DNA from: Macrostomum lignano
Taxonomy: Eukaryota
Direction of reading: 5' to 3'
NCBI GenBank assembly: GCA_002269645.1
Contig: NIVC01000897.1
Span: 62,001 to 126,000, forward strand
DNA: 64,000 nucleotides
Numbering within the stretch: the first letter of the stretch is position 1; every line of letters starts with the position of its first letter. Below are positions 13,837 to 36,800 of the stretch, one piece after another. A model generated the notes under the pieces. It worked only from the letters and a program-made list of their open reading frames with translations, was not told the origin of the DNA and did no database searches. Made by a program: the position numbers and the translations under genes.

Positions 13837-14849
13837 CAGAGGCACTCACTGCCAATCAGTGCAATCAATCAGTCAAGACAATCAGTTAACTGTTTAATAA
13901 ATGATAAATTTATGCGTTGCTCGCTTATTTTGGACACTTTGTGCACCTCATTCTATCTTCGATTTGCTGAAGCTTGCCCGCAAACAGGTGTGTCTGTACA
14001 TAAATTTGTAACCTCAGCCGCTGTTAGGTCCGCAGGGTAAAGTCCTGCCAACTGCACACATTATTGTTGCAATTTTTGTGTGTGTCCTAGGGGTCCTCGT
14101 ACCAGTTGTGCTTATAATAATCAATATTTACTGCCTCAGATTTGGACTTCTCATGCTACTGCAACAATGTCACTAGTAGAAAATTAGGGCTAGACATTGT
14201 TGTTATTAATCCACGTTAATAATGCTTTCTATCACAGTCTGTCAATTTGGTTGCAGAAAAATCGATGAAGCACTATAGACTTTGCTCCCGCGACTCCCGT
14301 GTGTTCACCTCCCTCCCCAATTGACCTTGACCAGCTAATGTCCAGCTGACCAAATTCACTAGCAAGTCAAACGAGTTCACAAAAATAAAATTATGAAGCC
14401 TGCAAAAAAAGTTTGCTGAATTTTGTCGAGTCCTTTCTAATTTGTTTTCGTGCTCTGTAGGCTACGGGTTGTTCATAATTTGAGTAGGAAAAGCTGACCA
14501 AGTCAGGCTCGCACACAGAGGAGGGGAAAGCTTGTTACACATAGCGAAACAGAAACTGAGATTGAATGAAGCAGACACGCGGAAGAACAGAAAAGAGAAA
14601 GAGCGCCAGACACACCCTGTGCTGGTCCACTGTACGATAAGAGAGAAAGTACACAGCCTACATCGAATGCCGGAGTCGAAAGCAAATGAGGAAATGCTGT
14701 AAAATATTGCTCCAAATATAGGAAGCAGATTGAGTAAGAACTTGAGCAGGACAAGAAACTAATCTAGCATGAGCACAGTTTGGTCATAAAGTATAGACAC
14801 AAAATTAGCTCAAATTCTGACAAAAAAATTATTATCGAAATTGTCGAAT

Positions 14850-23872
<9,023 letters not shown>

Positions 23873-24903
23873 GCCTGAATAGCTCCCAACTGAAGCTCCC
23901 CCCGGTTAAGCGGAGTGCAGTATGAGGAAGAGACAATGTAAGACCTACTTACTAATATTAATAAAGCAGTTAGTTTCCGCTAGCCAAATGCGAAGCTGCA
24001 GCATATAGCATAATAAAATGTGCACGCTAGTCAAAGCTTATAACTATCGCTCGTACAGTCGGTCTTGGCCATAGAATATCCAGCGGCGCGGATTTGGGCG
24101 CGTTTAAAACTTATTTTTAATTCAGCTTTTGGCGAGCATTGAAATATAATAAAAATGCTAGATGTGCTACTTTCCTCACTCGGACTCTAGTAGTCTATAA
24201 AGAAAATGTTTCTTTGACAATCTGGTGTTAGCATTGATGCGAAATGAAAATTTTAAACAAAATTCCTTTGTTTAGGACTTGTTTTCTAGCAAGCATTTGA
24301 GTATGATTATTGTTGTATTTAAGTCGAATTCTTGCACAGCCGAAAATGTATAAAATATTATTTTTTCTAAAAAGTATGAATACATGTACTCGTACACAGT
24401 AAAATATTAATTGATTGAATTTCAATTAGCTTTGATTGACATTTATACTTCGAATTCGTCTCTTTGGTGGGGAGACTATACCGTATTTACACTAGCAGAC
24501 AGAAGCGACAAGAAAATGCATCGCTCTTTGGAGGCTGGGTTGGATGATGGAGCAAGATGCTGCTTATTCGGCGTGTGTTTTGGGGTCCGATAAACGTGCA
24601 ATGAACTAAAATCTGAACTGTTCTAGACTATACATTGTATTACAATGCAAGGCCTTGAGGCGAAATGTGTAAAGCAAAGCAATGGGCACTAGGTCATCAT
24701 GTAGGGGTCAGTGGTTGTTTAATTAAGTGTACACAAGGGCAGGCATGCAAGAAAGGATATGTTTCATGGGAAAGTTCATCTTTTGGGTATATGCAGCTTA
24801 AAAACTTTGATGGAGCAGGCCGCCTGATTGCAGACAGCAAATGTTGCATATTCTAAAATTGTCTCGATCCAGAATGTTTAATCTAGAAAAATAGCCCGAA
24901 GCA

Positions 24904-27900
24904 TCACAGGTCGCTGTGCTGCTTTAACGGCCGTCTTTGCTGCGGCACCGGGTGCGACGGCTCCAGGTTGGAACGCGGCGTGTACCAGTAGGGCGACTGC
25001 TGGCTGGCCGAAAGAGAGGCCGAGACGCCGCCGACGCTGCCGCCTCCAACGCTGCTGCCGCCGATGCTGTTGCCGCCGACGCTTGCATTGGAGCCGCGTC
25101 GATAGGGCGCCGGAGGCTGCGACTGCACCGGGATCGGGAAGTTCGTGTTGACGGGCTTCGTCACCGTTGGAGTGGCCGGCAGTCGGCGCTGCTGCTGACG
25201 CTGGTTGGCCGCGTAGACAGCGGCTGCGGCTGTGTCGGCCGATTGGATCGCGCTGGCGGCGTCGGCCTCGGCCAGCAGATTGCCCATGGAGTTGGAACGG
25301 CGCCACTTGGAGCCGGCGCGGGCGTTCGGACCGAGGTTTGAGCGGCGAGGCACAATTGGCGGCGGCTGCAACTGCTGCTGCTGCTGCTGCTGTTGTCGGT
25401 GCTGCTGCGGCTGGTTTTGGTGGCTGCCCAGGATGCAGCTGCTCACGCTCCTGGGTTGGATGAGGACTGGCGTTGTTAACTAAGGCATGCGGTGAATAAA
25501 TCTGGACACTTTTGATACACTTGCTCAGTGTATTTTCATGAGTGATGGGTTAAGCTTGCTCTATTCTCATATTCTGTGGTAGCAACACTATCCTAACTTA
25601 CGGCGCATTGGCGGACGCTGCCGACCGGACAGACGATTCGCGGCTGAGGTCGGACACGAGGCTGCGGGCGTCGTACACCTGTCCGGAGAGCAGCTGAGGG
25701 GTTTAGGTAGAGGAAATTCGATGAAATGCGATGAAATAGCATGCATGTAAATGCTAATCACTAATCAGTCTACTCACAGACTCGGAGCAGTAGTCAGTAG
25801 AGGACGTATTTCTAGGACTGCCGCTATGGTAGGCGGAGGACACGGACCCGGCAACGGAGCAGGTATCCGGGCCGCCTTGACTAGTGAAACCGGCACCCGC
25901 GCCCGCTCCGTTGATGTAGGCGAAGCTGGACGAATGCGACAGGGTGTCCTCGTCGAACCAGTCGGCGCTGGACATCTGGTCCCGGATGTAGCGGGCCCTC
26001 AGGTTTAGCTGAGACAGCTGCGAAGTTCAAATGGTGGAGTTCCATTTTAAACTACGGTTCAGTTACTTCAGGTCCAGGATGTTTCTAAACTTTAAGACAG
26101 CTCATGGTTGGTAGGTTATTCCTCACCTTCTCCAGCGCCAGCTGGTAGTCCGCAGCTCGTTGCTTTTTCACGTGCCTCGGCTGTCGAGTGGCCTTGGCCT
26201 CGCGAAGCAGCCGGACGTGCGCGTCCACCATGGCCTTCTGGACGGAGATTTCCTGCTTCACCGATTCCAGCTGCAATTGTGCAGGGTTCGGAGATTGGGG
26301 CAGCTTTCTTATTGATTGACTTGGACTTATATAGGATCAGATACAAGCTCAGCTCACCTCAACAGATAGCACTGAGTCCGTGTCTGTGCCAATGGCGTCG
26401 GTGTCAACTGCCACCAGGAATTGAGTTGGCAGGCACAACGTGCTCCCGAGACCGCCTGGTCGTAACCTCTGCTGCTGCTGTTGCTGCTGCTGCTGCTGTC
26501 TTTGAGGTTGCTGCTGGAGATGCTGCGTCTGCTGCATCTGTTTGCCTGTGAGTTCCTGCGCATTCAGAAAATTGATTTACTCGTAACTGTTAAAGTCTGA
26601 ACAGCTGTAGGCGCTAGTTACAGGTGCTTACCTTCAGCCAGCAGTTAACCTTAATGCTGGCACAGCGCAGGTCATACGGGGTCACTTCCGGAGGGTCGAG
26701 CATGATATTATTCAACTAGTTACTAGCTTAATTTTTGCTTGCTACTATCGACTGCTGAGTATTTCTCTGTATCCTAGCGAAAGTAAGTTTTTATTATTCG
26801 ATTAGGGCTCTGTAATTCGAACTGACACAAAGAGAAATATAGCAGAGGAACCTTAAGCGAGGGTAACAAAGAATCTATATAGTATAACGAGGCGTTTTGC
26901 CGGGGGGAGTGGTGGGGGAGGGCAAGACCCAGACAAGACTGTGTTTGGGGTGGGGCCTGTGGGGCGCTATAGGGATGAGTCACCGCGAGCGCAGAGCAGT
27001 GAAGAGAAGCATAGGGGACAGAAAGGTAGAGTGTAAAACAGGGGTAGGTGTGCTGGAGCAGGAGAGGGAAGAGAGAACCCCGTCAAATCCAGCACCCACC
27101 ACCCCATGTGCGGAAAGAGGCATGGGGTGGTGGAGCCTGTCCTGTTTTTTCTCTCTCCTATCCCCTCTCCTCTCCCCTCTGCGCTCTCTCTCTCCTCTGC
27201 TTGCTTATCTTTCTCTCTCGTTCGTTAATAATCCAACACGCGACAGCGACGACAATGCATGGACTGGTATTTAGGTCTAGGGTTAGGGTTAGGGTTAGGG
27301 GAGAGGACGTCTGAGTCACCACTGGACGGCCACAAGCTTAAGGCCCAAACTATAAACTACACGCACTAAAGCGGAAAGCAGTGAAAAAGAGGAGGGGAGG
27401 CCGGAGGGCGCTTCTTTCCAATTTACGGGCGGGTTCCATGCCGCCCTGGGGCTGAATTGATAATCGTAAAAACTGCGGAAAGAGCATACGGCCTTGTGTT
27501 CTTATCTTCTTCGATTAGAGAAAAGCGGCGGGGTGGTGGCGCTGTATCAGTTTAACAAATTTATAACCCTGTTAGAAGGAGACTACCGGTTTGGCCTTGC
27601 GAGAATTGGGAAAATAGGCTCACTGCGCACTATACTACTAATAAGCAATTCCCCCCATTCTAAACTGACCTGTCCTCTCCTGACCCTGACCCCTGACCTG
27701 ACCTTATGAAAACAGGCGACAGGTATGGAAACAAATTGTGCCAGCGACTGGACAAGACAGTACAGATTATAGGTACAGGGTGCTGTAGGAATGATATAAA
27801 TGTGACAGATGCAAGGGACTGTAGAAAACTTAGGGTAGAAAATGGCCAGTGACGGACAGGGAGTGACTGGAGAGTGACATGTAGGAGTGATGGAGAGTGA

Positions 27901-30900
27901 CATGTAGGAGTGATGGAGAGTGACATGTAGGAGTGATGGAGAGTGACATGTAGGAGTGATGGAGAGTGACATGTAGGAGTGATGGAGAGTGACATGTAGG
28001 AGTGATGGAGAGTGACATGTAGGAGTGATGGAGAGTGACATGTTGGAGTGATGGAGAGTGACATGTTGGAGTGATGGAGAGTGACATATAGAAGTGACAT
28101 GTAAGAGTGATTCACACTCCTGAGAGTGACATGTAGGGGAGTGATGGAGAGTGACATGTAGAAGTGACTGTAGAGGGACATATAGAAGTGACATGTAGGA
28201 GTGATAGAGAGTGACATGTAGGAGTGATGGAGAGTGACATGTACAAGTGACTGGAGAGGGACATATAGAAGTGACATGTAGGAGTGATGGAGAGTGACAT
28301 GTAGGAGTGATGGAGAGTGACATGTTGGAGTGATGGAGAGTGACATATAGAAGTGACATGTAAGAGTGATTCACACTCCTGAGAGTGACATGTAGGGGAG
28401 TGATGGAGAGTGACATGTAGAAGTGACTGTAGAGGGACATATAGAAGTGACATGTAGGAGTGATGGAGAGTGACATGTACAAGTGACTGGAGAGTGACAT
28501 ATAGAAGTGACATGTAGGAGTGATAGAGAGTGACATGTGGAAGTTATTGGAAAAGGACATGCGGAAGTGACGGACAGGGACATGTAAGAGTGACATGTAG
28601 AAGTGACGGAGAGTGAATAGTACATGAAGGAGTGACAGATTAGAGACTGACATACTGTATTGGAGCGACTGAAACTGAAGCATTAACCTGAACAACAAGT
28701 AATAATAGGAGAAGCGTCTCACCCGTTCCCTAGCCAGCAGCGCCTGCAGCTGAGCCTCCTTTGCAGATTTCTGCTCGCGCAGTTCGGCCAACAGTTCGCG
28801 CAGCTCCAAGTAGCGCTGCTGCATCCGGGCTCGCTCCGCCGGGTCCTGCATTTTCTGGCTCAGCGCCAGCATCATCCGACTGCCGCTATGCACGGTGAGG
28901 TAGCCGCTCTCCTTTGAGGCGGCCGAGCCGCGCGATCCCGACAGCAGCTCCGAGGAGCCGCGCCGACTGCCGAACAGCAGGTTCAACGGGCCGCCCGAAC
29001 TTCGGCGGCGCTGCTGCGCTGAGGCCGGCTCTGCCGACGCTGCTGGCGCAGCTGCGATGCCGATAGGGTGCAGGTCTCGGCCTGCAGGCTTCTTGCTGCG
29101 GACTGGAATGCAGATGATGCAGAAATCCCGACTGTGTGTAGATCACAGCCTCTTTGACAAATCTAAGATGGCACGTCACGTACTGCCAAAACTGAAAGAA
29201 ATCATGATACCCTTTTGCCCCCCCCCCCTGATTGCATAACCCTGTAACCTTATCAACACTTTTAAAGGGCCTGGATGCTTCTCTTTTGCTTGTCCTCTTT
29301 TCTAAAGACAGCTTGATATTCTGGACAGCATGTGCCCTGGTTAGAGACATCTAGTGACCCTTGGCTTCCAGCTAGAGACCCTGTTCTCCATCTAGAGACC
29401 CTGGCTTCCAGTTAGAGACCCTGTTCTCCATCTAGAGACCCTGACTTCCAGCTAGAGACCCTGTTCTCCATCTAGAGACCCTGACTTCCAGTTAGAGACC
29501 CTGTTCTCCATCTAGAGACCCTGACTTCCAGCTAGAGACCCTGTTCTTCATCTAGAGACCCTTGGCTTCCAGCTAGAGACCCTGTTCTCCATCTAGAGAC
29601 CCTGACTTCCAGCTAGAGACCCTGTTCTCCATCTAGAGACCCTGACTTCCAGCTAGAGACCCTGTTCTCCATCTAGAGACCCTTGGCTTCCAGCTAGAGA
29701 CCCTGTTCTTCATCTAGAGACCCTTGGCTTCCAGCTAGAGACCCTGTAGAGACTGAGAATTTTTGAGTTTTGCACAGTAAGTCTGCTTGTGATTTTGAAG
29801 CTAAAATATCAATAGGGTCTCTGAGATCCAGCTGTGCGTCAGGGAAATGGGTCAACTACAGCGAGTACGCTTGAGCACGTACAATTCACAGACAACGGAG
29901 GGGTTGAGAATCCTCTCATTAATTTCTGTCCCCAGTTTGCCTAGGCTTTCTGTTGCTATTTTTAGTAACAAGCTAAATAGCTTTCAGAGCTGGTGAGGCC
30001 TCACGTTTTCCTGTGTATCCCGCGACATTTCTCTTTCATATTAGCACTATTCTACTCACATGAGTAGACAGGCTCGATCGTTCAGATATATTTTCTCTCT
30101 CACTAAATCGAATCTTTTTTTAAAGGATTACAGCGGGAATAATTCGAGTATGAAACAGTTTTCTTGTAGCCAAATATTTGCGCAAATGTAAGCCCCGTGA
30201 AAATGATCGTAAATCATGGCTGGAGTTCGCAACGGAATTGCTTGTTGGGCGTGCTAGTGTTGGTGCATTGAATCGCATGCCAAAAGCATAATTTGTATGC
30301 GAATCAAATAACGCCTATCGTTTTGGTTGTAGCCTATGCTTGGAACAAGAATTAGGTGTGCAGTTCGGAGTCTAAGTGCGAGAACTGAAGTCTTCGGTGT
30401 GAGGAATCGGGTACTCAGTGTGAGGAATCGGGTACTCAGTGTGAGGAATCGGGTACTCAGTGTGAGGAATCGGGTACTCAGTGTGAGGAATCGGGTACTC
30501 AGTGTGAGGAATCGGGTACTCAGTGTGAGGAATCGGGTACTCAATATGAGGAATCGGATACTCAGTGTGAGGAATCGGGTACTCAGTGTGAGGAATCGGA
30601 TACTCAGTGTGAGGAATCGGATACTCAATATGAGGAATCGGGTACTCAGTGTGAGGAATCGGATACTCAATATGAGGAATCGGGTACTCAGTGTGAAGAA
30701 TCGGGTACTCAGTGTGAGGAATCGGATACTCAGTGTGAGGAATCGGATACTCAGTGTGAGGAATCAGGTACTCAGTGTGAAGAATCTGTTATTCAGTTTG
30801 AGGAATCGGATACTCAGTGTGAGGAATCGGATACTCAATATGAGGAATCGGGTACTCAGTGTGAGGAATCGGATACTCAGTGTGAGGAATCGGATACTCA

Positions 30901-32917
30901 GTGTGAGGAATCGGATACTCAATATGAGGAATCGGATACTTAGTGTGAGGAATCGGGTACTCAGTGTGAGGAATCGGATACTCAGTGTGAAGAATCTGTT
31001 ATTCAGTTTGAGGAATCGGATACTCAGTGTGAGGAATCGGATACTCAGTGTGAGGAATCGGTTACCCAGTGTGAGGAATCGGTTACCCAGTGTGAGGAAT
31101 CGGATACTCAATATGAGGAATCGGATACTCAGTGTAAGGAATCGGGTAGTCAGTGTGAGGAATCGGGTACTTAGTGTGAGGAATCGGATACTTAGTGTGA
31201 GGAATCGGATACTCAGTGTGAGGAATCGGATACTTAGTGTGAGGAATCGGATACTTAGTGTGAGGAATCGGATACTCAGTGTGAGGAATCGGATACTTAG
31301 TGTGAGGAATCGGTTACTCAGTGTGAAGAATCGGATACTCAATATGAGGAATCGGATAGTGAGTGTGAGGAATCGGATACTCAGTGTGAGGAATCGGTTA
31401 CTCAGTGTGAGGAATCGGATACTCAATGTGAGGAATCGGGTACTCAGTGTGAGGAATCGGGTAGTCAGTGTGAAGAATCAGGTACTCAGTGTGAGGAATC
31501 GGATACTCAGTGTAAGGAATCGGGTAGTCAGTGTGAGGAATCGGATACTCAGTGTGAGGAATCGGATACTCAGTGTGAGGAATCAGATACTCAGTGTGAG
31601 GAATCGGATACTCAATGTGAGGAATCGGGTACTCAGTGTGAGGAATCGGGTACTCAGTGTGAGGAATCGGGTACTCAGTGTGAGGAATCAGGTACTCAGT
31701 GTGAGGAATCGGGTAGTCAGTGTGAGGAATCGGATACTCAGTGCGAGGAATCAGATACTCAGTGCGAGGAATCGGATACTCAGTGTGAGGAATCGGATAC
31801 TCAGTGCGAGGAATCAGATACTCAGTGTGAGGAATCGGGTACTCAGTGTGAGGAATCGGATACTCAATGAGAGGAATCGGATACTCAGTGTGAGGAATCG
31901 GGTACTCAGTGTGAGGAATCAGGTACTCAGTGTGAGCCTGTCGCCAAGTCTTACTCTGCGGCGACCCTGACCGCGCCCCGCCACCAGCGCTGAGCTCCAG
32001 CGAGTCCGCCCTGTCCCGGCTGACCGCGCCGACTCCGGCTGGAGCTGTCTGCACCGAGCTGCTGCTGCCGAACTCAGCAGGTCCGCCTACTCTGAAGCCG
32101 TTGAGATTTGCAGCTTCTCGGCTGGGTGAAGGATTTGCCCGATCAGGGGCCGCAGTTGCCGCTGCTGCTGCCGCTGCTGCTGCCGCAGCCTTATTATGGA
32201 ATTCTTTCAGGTCAGTCTGTCGTGTAGAAGTTTGGGATGCAATCAGATAAAGTAGGTTGTGTGAATATTAGGGTTGTAGTTTTAGATTAAGCTTGGAGAT
32301 GAGGCTGATGTAAGATTGAGACGTGGCTGATGTAAGATCGAGACGTGGCTGATGTAAGATCGAGACGTGGCTGATGTAAGATCGAGACGTGGCTGATGTA
32401 AGATCGAGACGTGGCTGATGTAAGATTGAGACGTGGCTGATATAAGATTGAGACGTGGCTGATGTAAGATCGAGACGTGGCTGATGTAAGATCGAGACGT
32501 GGCTGATGTAAGATCGAGACGTGGCTGATGTAAGATCGAGACGTGGCTGATGTAAGATTGAGACGTGGCTGATGTAAGATTGAGACGTGGCTGATATAAG
32601 ATTGAGACGCGGCTGATGTAAGATTGAGACGTGGCTGATGTAAGATTGAGACGTGGCTGATTTGAGCCTGAGATGAGGCCTAAGTGAAGCGAGTACTCAG
32701 CCAAAGATGCGATGACGAGTCAAGAAAACTGTTCCGTCACGTCCAAAACTACATGACGCCAGTCACGATTGCAACCAGATTAAAGTCAGTTGGGTTAATG
32801 CAATGAATAGCTACAGCTCACCAAGTTATTGTCCGAGTGGAACCTGGACCCCTTCTCCCTGACGGACAGGTAGACCTGTCGGCTGTCCCTCCGTTTCGAC
32901 AACCGCTTGGATGACAT
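24904..32917 (-). CDS. CUPID/DUF3338-domain protein (FRMD4/CCDC120/INAVA-related, no FERM seen); 8 exons: 32822-32917, 31955-32216, 28723-29102, 26358-26555, 26127-26270, 25778-26017, 25602-25693, 24904-25450 (about 652 aa)
   Basis: Spliced product [23 protein letters not shown]|ELTGK ... [37 protein letters not shown]|LSQL matches the recalled FRMD4A CUPID pattern (LREAELTGK; LEREFAIQ..KKLKKQRKTSYLNALKKLQ). All junctions are GT-AG and phase-consistent. The rest is low-complexity Ser/Ala/Gln sequence. Confidence 0.68.
27280..27300 (+). repeat. Short interstitial (TTAGGG)3 tract
   Basis: GGGTTAGGGTTAGGGTTAGGG seen directly. Confidence 0.6.
27860..28620. repeat. 23-bp minisatellite (GAGAGTGACATGTAGGAGTGATG)n with internal block duplication
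   Basis: Tandem units; the TTCACACTCCT interruption occurs twice (28110, 28369), indicating a roughly 260-bp duplication. Confidence 0.93.
29343..29746. repeat. 40-bp dimeric minisatellite (two related 20-mers, each ending CTAGAGA)
   Basis: CCCTGACTTCCAGCTAGAGA / CCCTGTTCTCCATCTAGAGA alternate about 10 times. Confidence 0.93.
30397..31935. repeat. 21-bp minisatellite (GTGTGAGGAATCGGATACTCA)n, about 1.5 kb
   Basis: About 73 units; source of the spurious 544-aa ORF. Confidence 0.97.
32300..32660. repeat. 22-bp minisatellite (GCTGATGTAAGATCGAGACGTG)n
   Basis: About 16 units. Confidence 0.95.
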
Positions 32918-33513
32918 GAGCTCGGCGGTTGAGAAAAATCTCAGCTAAGTTGAGAACTGGGCAATTAACAAAGCAGCCGCTTACGCCCCCACCATCTGTC
33001 CGTCAATACGCAGTCAGGTCTTCGAGGCGGTCGCTATCTCTGTGTCTACGAGCTAGTATCGCGTCTCAGCTCGTATCTTGTCCTGTCGCAGGTTTTTGAC
33101 TCTTTACCAAAAAGCCCTTTAATTGCGACACCGCAATGTCGCATGCACTTAGCTGTCTCTCTGACCGCCCGCTCAGGCCCGACTGTGCGCTCTCTTATTG
33201 CACAGAAACTGCAGCCAAGTGCGACGGAGGTTGGGGCGGTCTGAGCTGCGCAAATTCGTGTCGTCGAATGTCTCTCCGTTCGGTGCGCGCGCTCCTCCTA
33301 CCCGCAGATCACTGCGACCCTGTTTGACCCTGCTTGGAGTAGCAATTCAGACTCTGTATTTATGAGCCTTGCAAAGACACGCAGAATATTCTGCCACAGA
33401 TGAAACGAGCATAAGAGATGCTGAGTGCTTGCACAATAGGAGGACGGGTCGTACTGGCGATTTCTGCCTCGAGGCGGTTTTTCTGCGCTCACAAAAGACG
33501 TTTTTTACGAATT

Positions 33514-33547
<34 letters not shown>

Positions 33548-33849
33548 GACAGTCTTAGCTGCCCGATAGGGGGAGAGAGAATCAGAGAGAGGGCCCAAGC
33601 CCCAACTGCTCAAGATTTCGGTCGGTCTACTACTAAATTTGGCAGATAGCTGGGGTAAAGTTGTACGCCAAGAATCTCGAGTAAATTACTGCCCATATGC
33701 GAGCTGGGTGCCGAGCGCCTTTCTCGCCTGTCTTAGCAAGAGCTGCTCCACATGCAGAGATAGCCTCTACATGTAGCAGATCCCGAGCCAGTCACACAGA
33801 AAAGTCACACTAGTTTGAAAATGTTGGAGTAATTAAATTGGTGATGATC

Positions 33850-36800
33850 CTTGCAGTTTGGATATCAGTGCAAATCATTGTAGTTTTTGGGGATCAGTGC
33901 AAATCATTGTAGTTTTTGGGGATCAGTGCAAATCCTTGTAGTTTTTGGGGATCAGTGCAAATCCTTGTAGTTTTTGGGGATCAGTGCAAATCCTTGTAGT
34001 TTTTGGGGATCAGTACAAATCCTTGTAGGTTGGGGATCAGTGCAAATCCTTGTAGGTTGGGGATCAGTGCAAATCCTTGTAGTTTGGGGATCAGTGCAAA
34101 TCCTTGTAGTTTTTGGGGATCAGTGCAAATCCTTGTAGTTTTTGGGGATCAGTGCAAATCCTTGTAGTTTGGGGATCAGTGCAAATCATTGTAGTTTTTG
34201 GGGATCAGTGCAAATCCTTGTAGTTTTTGGGGATCAGTGCAAATCCTTGTAGTTTTTGGGGATCAGTGCAAATCCTTGTAGTTTGGGGATCAGTGCAAAT
34301 CATTGTAGTTTTTGGGAATCAGTGCAAATCCTTGTAGTTTTTGGGGATCAGTGCAAATCCTTGTAGTTTTTGGGGATCAGTGCAAATCCTTGTAGTTTGG
34401 GGATCAGTGCAAATCATTGTAGTTTTTGGGGATCAGTGCAAATCCTTGTAGTTTTTGGGGATCAGTGCAAATCCTTGTAGTTTGGGGATCAGTGCAAATC
34501 ATTGTAGTTTTTGGGGATCAGTGCAAATCATTGTAGTTTTTGGGGATCAGTGCAAATCCTTGTAGTTTTTGGGGATCAGTGCAAATCCTTGTAGTTTGGG
34601 GATCAGTGCAAATCATTGTAGTTTTTGGGGATCAGTGCAAATCCTTGTAGTTTGGGGATCAGTGCAAATCATTGTAGTTTTTGGGGATCAGTGCAAATCC
34701 TTGTAGTTTTTGGGGATCAGTGCAAATCCTTGTAGTTTGGGGATCAGTGCAAATCATTGTAGTTTTTGGGATCAGTGCAAATCCTTGTAGTTTTTGGGGA
34801 TCAGTGCAAATCCTTGTAGTTTTTGGGGATCAGTGCAAATCCTTGTAGTTTTTGGGGATCAGTGCAAATCCTTGTAGTTTTTGGGGATCAGTGCAAATCC
34901 TTGTAGTTTGGGGATCAGTGCAAATCCTTGTAGTTTTTGGGAATCAGTGCAAATCCTTGTAGTTTTTGGGGATCAGTGCAAATCATTGTAGTTTTTGGGA
35001 ATCAGTGCAAATCCTTGTAGTTTTTGGGGATCAGTGCAAATCATTGTAGTTTTTGGGGATCAGTGCAAATCCTTGTAGTTTTTGGGGATCAGTGCAAATC
35101 ATTGTAGTTTTTGGGAATCAGTGCAAATCCTTGTAGTTTTTGGGAATCAGTGCAAATCATTGTAGTTTTTGGGAATCAGTGCAAATCCTTGTAGTTTTTG
35201 GGGATCAGTGCAAATCATTGTAGTTTTTGGGATCAGTGCAAATCCTTGTAGTTTTTGGGAATCAGTGCAAATCCTTGTAGTTTTTGGGGATCAGTGCAAA
35301 TCATTGTAGTTTTTGGGGATCAGTGCAAATCCTTGTAGTTTTTGGGAATCAGTGCAAATCCTTGTAGTTTTTGGGGATCAGTGCAAATCATTGTAGTTTT
35401 TGGGGATCAGTGCAAATCATTGTAGTTTTTGGGAATCAGTGCAAATCCTTGTAGTTTTTGGGGGTCAGTGCAAATCATTGTAGTTTTTGGGGATCAGTGC
35501 AAATCATTGTAGTTTTTGGGGATCAGTGCAAATCCTTGTAGTTTTTGGGAATCAGTGCAAATCCTTGTAGTTTTTGGGGATCAGTGCAAATCCTTGTAGT
35601 TTTTGGGGATCAGTGCAAATCCTTGTAGGTTGGGGATCAGTGCAAATCATTGTAGTTTTTGGGGATCAGTGCAAATCCTTGTAGTTTTTGGGAATCAGTG
35701 CAAATCATTGTAGTTTTTGGGGATCAGTGCAAATCCTTGTAGTTTTTGGGAATCAGTGCAAATCCTTGTAGTTTTTGGGGATCAGTGCAAATCATTGTAG
35801 TTTTTGGGGATCAGTGCAAATCATTGTAGTTTTTGGGGATCAGTGCAAATCCTTGTAGTTTTTGGGAATCAGTGCAAATCCTTGTAGTTTTTGGGGATCA
35901 GTGCAAATCCTTGTAGTTTTTGGGGATCAGTGCAAATCCTTGTAGGTTGGGGATCAGTGCAAATCCTTGTAGTTTTTGGGGATCAGTGCAAATCATTGTA
36001 GTTTTTGGGGATCAGTGCAAATCCTTGTAGTTTTTGGGGATCAGTGCAAATCCTTGTAGTTTGGGGATCAGTGCAAATCATTGTAGTTTTTGGGGATCAG
36101 TGCAAATCCTTGTAGTTTGGGGATCAGTGCAAATCATTGTAGTTTTTGGGGATCAGTGCAAATCCTTGTAGTTTTTGGGGATCAGTGCAAATCCTTGTAG
36201 TTTGGGATCAGTGCAAATCATTGTAGTTTTTGGGGATCAGTGCAAATCCTTGTAGTTTTTGGGGATCAGTGCAAATCCTTGTAGTTTTTGGGGATCAGTG
36301 CAAATCCTTGTAGTTTTTGGGGATCAGTGCAAATCCTTGTAGTTTTTGGGGATCAGTGCAAATCCTTGTAGTTTGGGGATCAGTGCAAATCCTTGTAGTT
36401 TTTGGGAATCAGTGCAAATCCTTGTAGTTTTTGGGGATCAGTGCAAATCATTGTAGTTTTTGGGATCAGTGCAAATCCTTGTAGTTTTTGGGGATCAGTG
36501 CAAATCATTGTAGTTTTTGGGGATCAGTGCAAATCCTTGTAGTTTTTGGGGATCAGTGCAAATCATTGTAGTTTTTGGGAATCAGTGCAAATCCTTGTAG
36601 TTTTTGGGAATCAGTGCAAATCATTGTAGTTTTTGGGAATCAGTGCAAATCCTTGTAGTTTTTGGGGATCAGTGCAAATCATTGTAGTTTTTGGGGATCA
36701 GTGCAAATCCTTGTAGTTTTTGGGAATCAGTGCAAATCCTTGTAGTTTTTGGGGATCAGTGCAAATCATTGTAGTTTTTGGGGATCAGTGCAAATCCTTG

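Noticed and set aside
30336-32054. 544-aa and related repetitive ORFs
   Set aside because: They are translations of a 21-bp intronic array; only 31955-32216 is a real exon.
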